A stretch of 32,000 nt of DNA from Hwangdonia seohaensis (GTDB lineage Bacteria; Bacteroidota; Bacteroidia; Flavobacteriales; Flavobacteriaceae), in contig NZ_JAVSCK010000003.1 in assembly GCF_031932625.1 (NCBI RefSeq), positions 356,856 through 388,855 on the forward strand. The letters run 5' to 3'. The notes under the pieces were generated by a model, which did not search any database, was not told the origin of the DNA, and saw only the letters and a program-made list of their open reading frames with translations. Both the position numbers and the translations under genes were made by a program. Positions 8,415 through 18,700 of the stretch are shown here, piece after piece (the stretch's first letter is position 1; each line of letters starts with the position of its first letter).

Positions 8415-10193
8415 ATGAAAAATAACAAAGTATTCATTTACGTTGGTTTACTTGCCATAGGCATCCTTTTAGGCTGGTTGTTTTTTGGCGGTTCTTCCCA
8501 TACAGAAACCAAACATGATCACGATGCAGTTGCAGAAACCAATCAAATGTGGACCTGCTCCATGCACCCACAAATCATGCAACCCGAACCCGGTGATTGC
8601 CCCATTTGCGGTATGGATTTAATTCCGGCCGAAGCTGGTGCAGATGGATTGTTGGCCGACCAATTTAAGCTCACAGAAAACGCCATGGCATTGGCAAACA
8701 TACAAACCACAATTGTCGGTAATAGTGAAACTCAAGCTAATGCCATTAAATTATCCGGAAAGATTGTTGAAAACGAAGAAGCTAATGCCGTACAAGTGAG
8801 TTATTTCTCCGGACGAATAGAACGCCTTAATGTAAATTTTACAGGTGAAGACGTGCGTAAGGGACAACTTTTGGCTACCATTTATTCACCCGAATTATAT
8901 GCGGCACAACAAGAATTGATTACAGCATCGGCATTAAGAGAAACGCAGCCTGCCTTATACAAAGCCGTTCGAAACAAATTAAAATTATGGAAGCTTTCTG
9001 AAAATCAAATCAATCAAATTGAAACCTCTGGTAAAGTACAAGAAAACGTACCTGTGTATGCCACGGTTTCGGGCACCGTTTCAGAAAAATTAGCAGAAGA
9101 AGGCGATTATGTGAAACAAGGTCAACCATTGCTCAAAATTGCCAATTTAAAAACGGTTTGGGCCAATTTTGATGTGTACGAAAATCAAATCGATTTATTT
9201 AAAAAGGGACAAGAGGTAGCCATTATTACAAAGGCCTATCCGAATAAAAAATTCACGGGAAAAGTAGATTTTATTGAGCCAACCTTGAACACAAAAACAC
9301 GAACTGTAACCTTGCGTGTGGTATTGAATAATCAAAAAGATTTATTCAAACCAGGCATGTTTGTTGAAGGCAACATAAAAGGAGTTTCTTCCGGTAAGAA
9401 TGACGTGTTAACTGTTCCAGCAACTGCGGTTTTATGGACAGGAGAACGTTCTGTGGTGTATTTAAAAACCAATCTAGACCAACCCGTTTTTGAAATGCGT
9501 GAGATTACGATAGGCCATAAAATGGGTGCAGATTATGAGGTTTTAGAAGGATTGGAGCAAGGCGATGAAATTGTATCCCATGGTACTTTTACAATTGATG
9601 CAGCCGCACAGTTGCAAGGAAAAAAGTCTATGATGAATAAAGATGCTGACAAAGTTATGAAGGGTCACGAAGGACACCAGGGAATGTCGGAGTCAGCTTC
9701 GGAAGATACCAAAAACCATTTCAATTTGAATGAAAGGGTAAGCGTTTCAAAGGTCTTTCAAAATCAACTGAAAACTGTTTTCAACGATTATATTCAATTA
9801 AAAGATGCTCTAGTTGAAGATGATTCAAAAAAAGTAAAAGCGGCATCCAGAGAACTCATGGAAAACTTATCTAAAGTGGATATGGCACTGCTAAAAGATG
9901 ATGAGACGCATCATCACTGGATGGCCTTGGAACAAGAGATAAAGACAGCAGCAACGTTTATTTCAAACACCTCTAAAATTGAAGCACAGCGAACTTCTTT
10001 TAAAAATCTATCGTTACAATTAACCAATGCGATTGAGGTATTTGGTATCAATGAAAAGGTGTATCATCAATTTTGTCCTATGGTAGATAACAACAAAGGC
10101 GGCTATTGGTTGAGTAAAGAAGAAAAAGTTTTTAATCCGTATTTTGGAGATGCCATGTTAACTTGTGGCGAAGTAAAACAAGTCATAGAATAA
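8415..10193 (+). CDS. cusB: Efflux RND periplasmic adaptor (CusB-like) with an N-terminal CxMHP...CPxCGMDL module and a C-terminal DUF3347-like domain
   Basis: It has an N-terminal TM anchor and the module WTCSMHPQIMQPEPGDCPICGMDLIP. The HlyD/MFP core motifs include YSPELYAAQQEL, the lipoyl-like GDYVKQGQPLLKI, and a beta-barrel. A His/Met-rich linker (MKGHEGHQGMSES) follows, and the tail is HQFCPM...LTCGEV. Confidence 0.85.
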   Translation: MKNNKVFIYVGLLAIGILLGWLFFGGSSHTETKHDHDAVAETNQMWTCSMHPQIMQPEPGDCPICGMDLIPAEAGADGLLADQFKLTENAMALANIQTTIVGNSETQANAIKLSGKIVENEEANAVQVSYFSGRIERLNVNFTGEDVRKGQLLATIYSPELYAAQQELITASALRETQPALYKAVRNKLKLWKLSENQINQIETSGKVQENVPVYATVSGTVSEKLAEEGDYVKQGQPLLKIANLKTVWANFDVYENQIDLFKKGQEVAIITKAYPNKKFTGKVDFIEPTLNTKTRTVTLRVVLNNQKDLFKPGMFVEGNIKGVSSGKNDVLTVPATAVLWTGERSVVYLKTNLDQPVFEMREITIGHKMGADYEVLEGLEQGDEIVSHGTFTIDAAAQLQGKKSMMNKDADKVMKGHEGHQGMSESASEDTKNHFNLNERVSVSKVFQNQLKTVFNDYIQLKDALVEDDSKKVKAASRELMENLSKVDMALLKDDETHHHWMALEQEIKTAATFISNTSKIEAQRTSFKNLSLQLTNAIEVFGINEKVYHQFCPMVDNNKGGYWLSKEEKVFNPYFGDAMLTCGEVKQVIE

Positions 10194-10227
10194 ATAAAGA
10201 CTAATAATAACAATTAAATAATTAAAA

Positions 10228-10653
10228 ATGAAAAAAGTAATTTTAAGTGTCGCTGTAATTGCGGCTATGGGTTTAACAAGTTGTAAAAACGAAGCGAAAC
10301 AAACTACCGAAACAACGACGACCGAGGTGTCTAGCGAAATTGCTATGACCGACCTATCTTTTGGTGTAAGAGGGAATTGTGGGATGTGTAAAAAAACCAT
10401 TGAAAAGGCAGCCAATGGCGTTGCAGGTGTTGCAAAAGCGACTTGGGATGTGGATAAAAAGAAAATAGATGTTTCTTTTGATGACACCAAAACAGACGCC
10501 ATGGCAATTCATAAAGCCATTGCAGCTTCAGGTTACGATACCGAGAAAGCAACTGGCGATTTAGCGGCCTATGACAACTTACCAGGCTGCTGCAAATACG
10601 ATCACGATATGATGATGAATCAGTCGGGTGACATAAAAGCAGAAGTACACTAA
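10228..10653 (+). CDS. Heavy-metal-associated (HMA-like) domain lipoprotein, probable periplasmic Cu chaperone
   Basis: The lipobox is GLTSC. The HMA-like fold has a shifted CxxC (GNCGMCKKTIE), and the C-terminus carries CC and MMM (GCCKYDHDMMMNQ). Confidence 0.7.
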   Translation: MKKVILSVAVIAAMGLTSCKNEAKQTTETTTTEVSSEIAMTDLSFGVRGNCGMCKKTIEKAANGVAGVAKATWDVDKKKIDVSFDDTKTDAMAIHKAIAASGYDTEKATGDLAAYDNLPGCCKYDHDMMMNQSGDIKAEVH

Positions 10654-10677
10654 GAAAAATAATTAGTAGTAAAAAAA

Positions 10678-10740
10678 ACACTATCCTTTTACAGCCTGTT
10701 ATTAAACCTATATGCTTTAAGGATAGTGTCTTTTATTTTA
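10678..10740. terminator. Possible bidirectional rho-independent terminator between convergent genes
   Basis: An 11-bp perfect stem, acactatcctt (10678-10688) with aaggatagtgt (10719-10729), is preceded by an A-run and followed by cttttatttt. The 30-nt loop is unusually large, which lowers confidence. Confidence 0.45.
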
Positions 10741-10779
10741 TTACTAAAAATATTCAGTCAATATCATTAAAAAAAACCT

Positions 10780-13700
10780 TTACTGGGCGTTTAAATTGTA
10801 AACAACCAGAGCGTCGTTATTAATTGTAACGAGGATCGACTTGGTGTTTTTTTGTTGTATGGTTGATAAATCTTTTACCATACCTTTTATGGCAATTCCA
10901 CTTTCTAAGGCCGAAATGGGTTTAAAGTGGTTTTTACCGTTATTGATTAGCAACAGGCCGTAACTGGCATCGTTTCTTGTGGTTTCAATTTCAGATTGAT
11001 ACATATTGCCAGCAACCAAAATATCCTTTAATCCATCGTTGTTAAAATCATCAATTAAAATATCGTTAATAGAAGATACTTGGGCTTGGTTTGGTAATGC
11101 CATCGTATTAAACTGTCCATTGCCTAAATTTTCCAAATATACAGAAGCAAAGGTGCTTGCTTTTAAATGTAAGGCTTCCTCTAGTTTTTCTTTTCCGTAA
11201 ACATCGATTAGTTTAGCAGAACCAAAATCGTTATATGTTGGAAATTTTTTCTTTATAAATGGCATCTGATTTGATGAACATTCACGTCCGCGAAGCGGAA
11301 ATAAATCTTGGTTATTATAATAGCCTAAAACAATATCGTTAGTGCCATTATCGTCAAAATCTGTTGAAAACACTTCAAATGGCTCTTTTACTGAAGCTTT
11401 GTATTTATAGTTTAAACCGAGGTTCCCAACAATATAATCGGTGTCGCCGTCATTATCAAAATCGGCGCCTTTTATGCTATTCCACCATCCACTTGAATTA
11501 GGAAGCATATTTTCTTGCCGTATAAAATTACCGTTTTCATTTTTAAAAAAACTAATTTCCATCCATTCGCCAACCACTATTAGATCGGTTTGATTGTCGT
11601 TATCAAAATCGGTCCAAATAGCATCGGTTACCATGCCTATATTTGATAATTTAGGCGCTTTTTGTTGCGTAACATCTTTAAATTTTCCGTTGTCGTTTTC
11701 TAACAAATAACTTGTGTCGGAAAACGGATAGGTTTGTGCTTTTAGGCGACTTCCAATAAATAAATCCAAATCGCCATCCTTATCAAAATCAAAAGGTTTT
11801 ACACAGCTTCCGCTTGAATACATTTTAGGAAGATTCGTGTTGGATTTCTTAAAGTTACCATTTGTATTTATGTAAAGTCGGTCTTGATACATGCTGCTAT
11901 TCGCCTGCCATTCGTTGCCACCGCTGACGACGTACAAATCTAAATCGCCATCGTTGTCGGCATCAAAAAAAATCGCATTTACATCTTCATAACTTTTATC
12001 AATGTCCCAAGTTTCAGCATTGGAAACACTAAACATCTCATCTTTATTTTGAATGTACAGAGTCCCGGAATGCCCTTTTGAACCTCCAATATAAAAATCG
12101 TCTAAACCGTCATTATTGATATCTGCAACGACTACGGCTGGTCCAAATTGCGACATTTTATGGGGCAAAAGACTTTCGTTGATAAAATCGTTATGGTCGT
12201 TTTCGATGTGTTTATGTTTTAATTTTAAACGATTAGTAACATCGGTGAACAAAGTTGTATTTGGGGCTTTGTTAAATTTACCAAGGGGTTTGGCATCATT
12301 ATAATTTATTGTTAATCGCTGATTTGCTGAAACATCTTTAAGAGTTTGAAACTTATTATCTGGCCAAATAACGGTGATGCTTTCAACAGATTTTAATTGG
12401 TTTAAACCAAAATGCAACATCGGTTCTACGGCCGATTGATACCCACGCGTGGGATAATTTTCTAAATATTGAGTGCCGCTTTTTGTTTTAGCTTCTACGC
12501 GAACACCAATACCAAAAGGGTTTTTCGGATTTCCTTTAAATTGAAATTGCAGATAGTTTTTATTGGAATTGTTCTTTAGAATGGTAGCCGGTTCATCAAT
12601 ATTATTAACTACCAAATCCAAATCGCCATCGTTATCTAAATCGGCATAAGCGGCGCCATTTGAAAACGTTGCATTTGTAATGCCCCAATCTGCAGAGGTT
12701 TTGTTAAAAGTTAAATCGCCATTGTTTTTAAAAAAGTAATTACGTGTTTTCCTTTGTGGTGTTTGCTTCACTAATTCTTCAATAACGGCAGCCATTTTTT
12801 CATTGTTTTTCTGGGCTTCCTCTAAACGCTTTAGCTTGTGGTTTCTAAAATCGTTATTCCTAAAATCTCTTTTTAATCCGTTGGAAACGAACAAATCTTT
12901 ATGGCCGTCGTTATCGAAATCTGCAAAAAGCGGACTCCAGCTCCAATCGGTATTCGAGACTCCAGAGAGTTGCGCAATCTCGCTAAAATTTTGGTCGCCC
13001 AAATTCATTTGCAAGGCGTTAAACATATATTGGTAATGAAACCCATTGTTAACGGCATGGTTAAAAATTTCCGGATTCATGCCGCTCATACTGGTTTTAA
13101 TACCGTAATTATCTTCGGCAACCATATCTAACGACATAATATCCAAAAGGCCATCATTATTAAAATCCGCAATATCGGTGCCCATTGAAAAATTTGGAAT
13201 GTGTTTTAAAGACGATTTTAAACTTTCGGTAAAAGTACCATCGCCATTTTTATAGTATAAATAATCGTGTTCTATATAATCGTTTGCAACGTAAATATCC
13301 GGCCACCCATCTTGATTTAAATCGCCAACCGATACGCCCAAACCAAAACCTAAGGGATTGCCAATTATGCCGGATTGTTTTGATATATCTACAAATTTAC
13401 CGTTGTCGTTTCGGTATAATTTATCGCCCACAAATTCATCTTCTTTATTCTTGAAGTTTTCAGGATTGTTTGTGTTTATTGGCGAAACATTATGGTTAAG
13501 CAAAAACATATCCAAATCACCATCTTTATCGAAATCAAAGAAAGAAGCTTGCGTGCTATAACCCGAAAAATTTAATCCGTATTGAGTTGCGCTTTCTGTA
13601 AAAGTTCCGTTTTTATTATTTATAAACAATTCGTTTTGCCTGTTTTTTGCCTTTCCTTTTCCAGATTTACACACGTAAATATCCAGCCAACCATCGGCAT

Positions 13701-14103
13701 TTATATCTACCATGGTAACACCTGTTGTCCATCCGAAAGAGCCTTTAACTTTAGCCTTTTCCGTTACATCTTCAAACTTAAAATCGCCTTTGTTTAAGTA
13801 AAGTTTGTTGTCTTTTAAGTTGGATGTAAAATAAATATCGGATAAGCCATCATTGTTTATATCGCCAACCGCAACGCCGCCACCATTATAGAAATACTCG
13901 TAAACCATACTATTCATAGCGCTGCTTTCGGGTATGTCGTTAATGAAATTCACGCCACTTTCATGGGCTGGTAGCTCTGAAAACAAGGTTGAATGATGGG
14001 CTTCTGTTTGGCGTGTTTCTTTATTTGAATCCTTTTTACATGAAAAGTTAAACATGCTTAAAAAAACAATAACCAACGTGATATAGTGATGGGGTTTAAT
14101 CAT
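10780..14103 (-). CDS. FG-GAP/VCBS-repeat lipoprotein with a central ASPIC/UnbV domain (CRTAC1-like family)
   Basis: There are many DxNxDGxxD(I/L)(Y/F) FG-GAP/Ca-binding repeats. The UnbV/ASPIC-like segment is GIGVRVEAKTKSGTQYLENYPTRGYQSAVEPMLHFGL...VIWPD. I prefer the ATG at 14103 (MIKPHHYITLVIVFLSMFNFSC, lipobox) to the GTG at 14139, which lies inside a hairpin. Confidence 0.8.
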   Translation of the reverse strand: MIKPHHYITLVIVFLSMFNFSCKKDSNKETRQTEAHHSTLFSELPAHESGVNFINDIPESSAMNSMVYEYFYNGGGVAVGDINNDGLSDIYFTSNLKDNKLYLNKGDFKFEDVTEKAKVKGSFGWTTGVTMVDINADGWLDIYVCKSGKGKAKNRQNELFINNKNGTFTESATQYGLNFSGYSTQASFFDFDKDGDLDMFLLNHNVSPINTNNPENFKNKEDEFVGDKLYRNDNGKFVDISKQSGIIGNPLGFGLGVSVGDLNQDGWPDIYVANDYIEHDYLYYKNGDGTFTESLKSSLKHIPNFSMGTDIADFNNDGLLDIMSLDMVAEDNYGIKTSMSGMNPEIFNHAVNNGFHYQYMFNALQMNLGDQNFSEIAQLSGVSNTDWSWSPLFADFDNDGHKDLFVSNGLKRDFRNNDFRNHKLKRLEEAQKNNEKMAAVIEELVKQTPQRKTRNYFFKNNGDLTFNKTSADWGITNATFSNGAAYADLDNDGDLDLVVNNIDEPATILKNNSNKNYLQFQFKGNPKNPFGIGVRVEAKTKSGTQYLENYPTRGYQSAVEPMLHFGLNQLKSVESITVIWPDNKFQTLKDVSANQRLTINYNDAKPLGKFNKAPNTTLFTDVTNRLKLKHKHIENDHNDFINESLLPHKMSQFGPAVVVADINNDGLDDFYIGGSKGHSGTLYIQNKDEMFSVSNAETWDIDKSYEDVNAIFFDADNDGDLDLYVVSGGNEWQANSSMYQDRLYINTNGNFKKSNTNLPKMYSSGSCVKPFDFDKDGDLDLFIGSRLKAQTYPFSDTSYLLENDNGKFKDVTQQKAPKLSNIGMVTDAIWTDFDNDNQTDLIVVGEWMEISFFKNENGNFIRQENMLPNSSGWWNSIKGADFDNDGDTDYIVGNLGLNYKYKASVKEPFEVFSTDFDDNGTNDIVLGYYNNQDLFPLRGRECSSNQMPFIKKKFPTYNDFGSAKLIDVYGKEKLEEALHLKASTFASVYLENLGNGQFNTMALPNQAQVSSINDILIDDFNNDGLKDILVAGNMYQSEIETTRNDASYGLLLINNGKNHFKPISALESGIAIKGMVKDLSTIQQKNTKSILVTINNDALVVYNLNAQ

Positions 14104-14136
14104 TAAAATGAATTTGATAAATGTAAAAGTAAGAAA

Positions 14137-14164
14137 CACCTAGAAATAAGTTTATTCCTAGGTG
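14137..14164 (-). terminator. Intra-operon hairpin (terminator/attenuator or mRNA-stabilising element) between susD and the FG-GAP gene
   Basis: The minus strand reads cacctaggaat-aaactt-atttctaggtg. That is an 11-bp stem with one G-U pair and a 6-nt loop, followed by tttcttactttt. It lies 47 nt after the susD stop and 34 nt before the ATG at 14103. Confidence 0.5.
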
Positions 14165-14210
14165 CATCCAATTAAGAAACTAATCTAAAACTAACTCTTC
14201 TTCTTAAGTT

Positions 14211-15731
14211 TTACCACCCTGGATTTGGATCCAAATTGGTATTTATATTTATTTCTTGCAGCGGAATTGGGAACACAATATGCTTGTCTTGAAAATTCTC
14301 TGCAAAAGGTTTGTTGTGATTTTCCAAAGTGGTTTTAATAGATTCTGTTGCAGTGCTTCCGCGTTGCCATCGGTATAAATCGAACCAACGTATGCCAAAT
14401 TCCATGGCCAATTCAACGGGACGTTCATGATGACGGATTTGCGTGCGCAATTCATCTTTTGTCATTGTGCCCAAAGCTTCTGCGCCACCACGTTGCCTCA
14501 CAATGTTAACCTGGTCTATGGCCAATGGTGTTTTGTCGTTTTCGTTTAAGGCTTCGGCATACATGAGCAGCACATCGGCATAACGGATTACAGAGATATT
14601 AGTCCCGTTATAGAAATTTTCATCGGCATTAAACGCATACTTTTTAAAGTATTTAGGATGGTTTAAATCTGCTGCAACACTGGCATAGGTTTCATTTTGA
14701 CCGGAATCCCTACTGTACATTTCTGAGTTGGGGTCGTCAAAGAAAATACTTTCGTAAACCCGATTGCTAATATCGCCACCCGCATCTAAATCTGTTTTCA
14801 TTTCGTCAACCAACCATTGTGATGGGTAAAACAATTCCCAGCCACCAAAGGCATAAGGAGATACCTGAAAGTTGAAAACCTGACGCTCGTCATTTCCGTT
14901 AGAGCGGTCTCCTGAAAATTGAATTTCAAAAACACTTTCACTTCCGTTTTCAGCTAATCCGTTAAAGTTATCGGCATAATTTGGTAGTAATGCATAGCCC
15001 ATACCCGTAACTTCTTCCAACTTTGTTTCGGCTGGACCCCATTTTTCTTGAAATAAATAGACTTTGCCCAACAATGCTTTTGCAGCCCCTTGTGTGGCTC
15101 TACCTTTCCATTCTGATGGATAGCTTGTTGGTAAATCTGCTTCAGCTTCACTTAAATCTGTTTCTATTTGTGCCCAAACGGCAGAAGGTGCAGCTTGACT
15201 TGGAAATAAGTTTTCCAATTCGCCACTAAATGTGGTAACAAGCGGTACATTTTCAAAACCTGTTACCAACCAAAAATAGTAGTAGGCTCTTAAAAATTTG
15301 GCTTCGGCAACCAATCCTTTTTTAGTATCGGCAGAAAGCGCTTCCATTTCGGGCACTTGCTGTAATATTTGATTGGCGCGACCAATACCGGCGTAACTTG
15401 CTTGCCAGACATTGTATGGACCGCTTTCTTCGGTTGTGTTGGAAAAACTTGCTAAAGAACGCCCGTAAGTTTCGGCTGTATTATTGGTTACATCGTCTGC
15501 TCTGTATGCCATAGACGTGTAAATTTCTTCAAAAAACGCCCATTTGCTTCCGCTTGCACTTTGCATGGCACCATAGGCGGCCGTTAGGGCTTGCATGGCA
15601 TGAGCTTCGGTTTGCCAAAAACTCTCTTCAGTTAATACTTCTTTATTTTCAACATTAATAAAATCATCGCTACATGAATTTAAAAACCCGATAAAGCATA
15701 CTGTTATAATTATATATTTTAATTTTTTCAT
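14211..15731 (-). CDS. susD: SusD/RagB-family nutrient-binding outer-membrane lipoprotein
   Basis: The lipobox is LNSC, followed by SDDF. Typical SusD motifs are present (FLRAYYYFWLV, IRYADVLLMYAEALNE, ELAMEFGIRWFDLYRW), and the gene sits immediately downstream of susC. Confidence 0.9.
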   Translation of the reverse strand: MKKLKYIIITVCFIGFLNSCSDDFINVENKEVLTEESFWQTEAHAMQALTAAYGAMQSASGSKWAFFEEIYTSMAYRADDVTNNTAETYGRSLASFSNTTEESGPYNVWQASYAGIGRANQILQQVPEMEALSADTKKGLVAEAKFLRAYYYFWLVTGFENVPLVTTFSGELENLFPSQAAPSAVWAQIETDLSEAEADLPTSYPSEWKGRATQGAAKALLGKVYLFQEKWGPAETKLEEVTGMGYALLPNYADNFNGLAENGSESVFEIQFSGDRSNGNDERQVFNFQVSPYAFGGWELFYPSQWLVDEMKTDLDAGGDISNRVYESIFFDDPNSEMYSRDSGQNETYASVAADLNHPKYFKKYAFNADENFYNGTNISVIRYADVLLMYAEALNENDKTPLAIDQVNIVRQRGGAEALGTMTKDELRTQIRHHERPVELAMEFGIRWFDLYRWQRGSTATESIKTTLENHNKPFAENFQDKHIVFPIPLQEININTNLDPNPGW

Positions 15732-15747
15732 TGTTCTTTTTTTTAAT

Positions 15748-18700
15748 TTATAGTGAAAGATTTACTCCTAAAATAAACGACTTTGTTAAAGGGTAAAAAC
15801 CTCTATCTACACCTCTTGTAAATGTGCCTCCATTTGCAAGTCCTGGGTCGAAGCCCGAATAATCTGTAATGGTAAACAAATTATTGGCTGTTACATAAAT
15901 TCTAGCATTGGAAATGGCCAGTTTAGAAGTTACAGATTCTGGAAAAGTATAACCAATTTGAATGTTTTTCAATCTTAAATAAGAACCATCTTCTAAGAAA
16001 TAACTCGAAGGGCGAATATTATTGTTGGGGTCGCCAAATGCATTTCTTGGAATACCGCTTCCCGTGTTTTGAGGTGTCCAAGCATTCAATAAATCTGATG
16101 ACATATTGTTTCTGTCGGTTCTGTACAACCACATTTTTACACCGTTGTAAATTTTGTTGCCCTGCGTTCCTTGAAAAAACACACTGGCATCAAAGTTTTT
16201 ATATCGGGCATTAAAATTCAATCCGTATTCAAAATCTGGAAGGCCACTGCCCATGTACTTTTTATCTTCATCACCTAAAGAACCATTGCCACTAATATCC
16301 GTAAACCTTAGGTCACCGGGAACAGCATCTGGCTGAACGCCATGGGCATCGATTTCTGCTTGTGTTTGAAAAATCCCATCGGCTTCAAATAAATAAAACC
16401 GTCCTATTTCCCCACCAACTTCGGTTCTTGTGGTTGGAAAGTTGTTAAACTCAATAAAGCCATCAGTAAAAGACTCATTGGCAACACCCAATTTTGTAAC
16501 TTTATTTTTTGAGCTACTTATGTTTGCTGAAACATCAAAAGTGAAATCTTTATCGGAATCGCTATTATAAGTCAGCGATAAGCCCCAACCTTTGTTTTCT
16601 AAATTTCCGCCGTTTGTTAATGGAAATGACGTTATTCCTGACGATGCTGGAATTGGTACAGACACTAACATATCGGTTGTTTTAGAAATAAAATAATCAA
16701 AAGTAGCTTTAATACTATTATTTAAAAGTCCTAAATCTACCCCAATGTTTGTTGTTGCGGTTTCTTCCCATTGAATATCTGGAGTTGGCAACGAATTGGC
16801 AATGGCTCCAACCAATACATTTTGACTAACACCTTCGCCAAAAGGATAGTTTAACTGCTGTCCGCCAGAACCTATTCGAGCTAAAAACAAATGCTCGCCA
16901 ATAAGTTGATTCCCTAAAGTACCGTAGCTAAATCTAGGTTTTATTTGGCTAAATAAATCGGATTCAAAAAATTCTTCATTGTGCAATGCCCAACCTAAAG
17001 ACAGAGAGTAAAATGTACCGTATTTATTATCTGGTCCAAATCGAGATGAACCATCGCGCCTTACACTGGTTTGTAAATAGTATTTTTTACTGAAATCGTA
17101 ATTGATACGTCCAAAATAAGATTGCAATGTATTTGTTGAATTAAAACCATAAGCAGACTCGTCGCCAATACCAGCACTCAAAGCTTGAAGTTGGTCTGAA
17201 GCCAATGTGTTGTTTGAGCCACCAACCGATCTAAATTGGCTTTTTTCCCTTGATACACCCAATAAAACATCGACGTCGTGATTGCCAAATTTTTTACGAT
17301 AGTTTAAGGTGTTGTTTAGGGTCCATTCGTTGGTTCTCGACCTTGATTCATCTAACAACGGATTGTCGTTGGTTGACTGTGGTCCAAAATTATAGGTAGG
17401 CAAGAAAAATGAAAAATGCGTATTCTCAACATTTGCTCCGTATTGGAACTGATAATTTAAGCCTTCAACAATTTCTAAAGTAGCTGAAATGTTAAACTGC
17501 ATATAATCATCTTGATCTGCTCTGTCGGTAATGCTGCCTTCACCTATTGGGTTGCCAGAACCTAATCCGGTGGCAGGAGTGGCAAAACCGTTTAAAGAAC
17601 TCGCATCATAAATGGCTTTATGCGGTAATTGCGAATAGATATCTAAAAATGGTGAAAAACTGGCGTTTCCGCCTCCAATGGGTTCAAAAATACCCCGTGT
17701 GTTTTCTCTGGTATAACTTAAGCCCGGAGAAATTTTCAGCCTGTCGTTTAGGAGTTTGAAATCCATATTAAGACGTGTATTCAATCTATCAAAGCCAGTG
17801 TTTATAACCGTTCCGGAATTATCAAAATAACCCGCAGAAAAGTTGTAATTCATTTTTTCTGTTCCGCCAGATATTCCAATATCATGTTTTTGTTCAAAGG
17901 CATTGCCTATATATTCGCCAACCCAATCCGAATCGGCATATTGCGCGCCATTTGTTAAATAAGGTGCCGGTGTAACTCCTACATTATTATAAGCTTCCAG
18001 TTTGATTTGATCGTGTTGAGCTTTGTTTGCCACACTTACATTATCGCTTACCGAATGTGTGCTTATGTAAGAATTGATAGTCACTTTAGGTTCTCCCGTT
18101 TTACCTCTTTTTGTAGTGATAATTACAACGCCGTTTGATGCCCTTGAGCCATAAATTGTAGCTGCCGATGCATCTTTTAGCACACTTATATTAGCAATAT
18201 CTGCTGGATTGATATATGATAAATCTCCAGGAATACCATCTATAACGAATAACGGATTGTTGTTGCCAATGGTGCCTAAGCCCCTAATGCGTATAACCGG
18301 ATTGCTTCCCGGTGCACCGGAAGCCGAAGACACGTTAACGCCCGCAGCCTGTCCTTGCAACGAGGTTGCGACATTGGCCGTCGGGATTTTTTGAATCTCA
18401 GCTACATTAACAGAGGTGATGGCAGCGGTTACTTCTTCCCGTTTTTGGGTGCCGTAACCTACCAAAACGACTTCGTCTAAACTTTCTGCGCTTTCCTCTA
18501 AGGAGACGTTAATGGTGGTTTGGTTTCTAACGGTAATTTCTTTGGTTAAAAACCCCAAGAAGCTGTAAACCAATACGGTTTGCTTGTTTGGCACTTCAAT
18601 AGAATAGTTGCCTTCAAAATCGGATTGTGTCCCGATACTTTGGTCGCTTTTAAGAGTAACTGTTGCTCCGGGAAGTGGTATTCCTGCGCTGTCTGTAATG

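Noticed and set aside
10158-10681. Two overlapping minus-strand ORFs (114 and 112 aa) opposite the HMA lipoprotein gene.
   Set aside because: The plus-strand ORF has a lipobox, a CxxC HMA-like domain and operon context. The minus-strand translations have no features, and they would run head-on into the operon.
14104-14139. GTG start at 14139 for the FG-GAP protein.
   Set aside because: The GTG lies within the stem of the 14137-14164 hairpin. The ATG at 14103 gives a standard lipoprotein signal.
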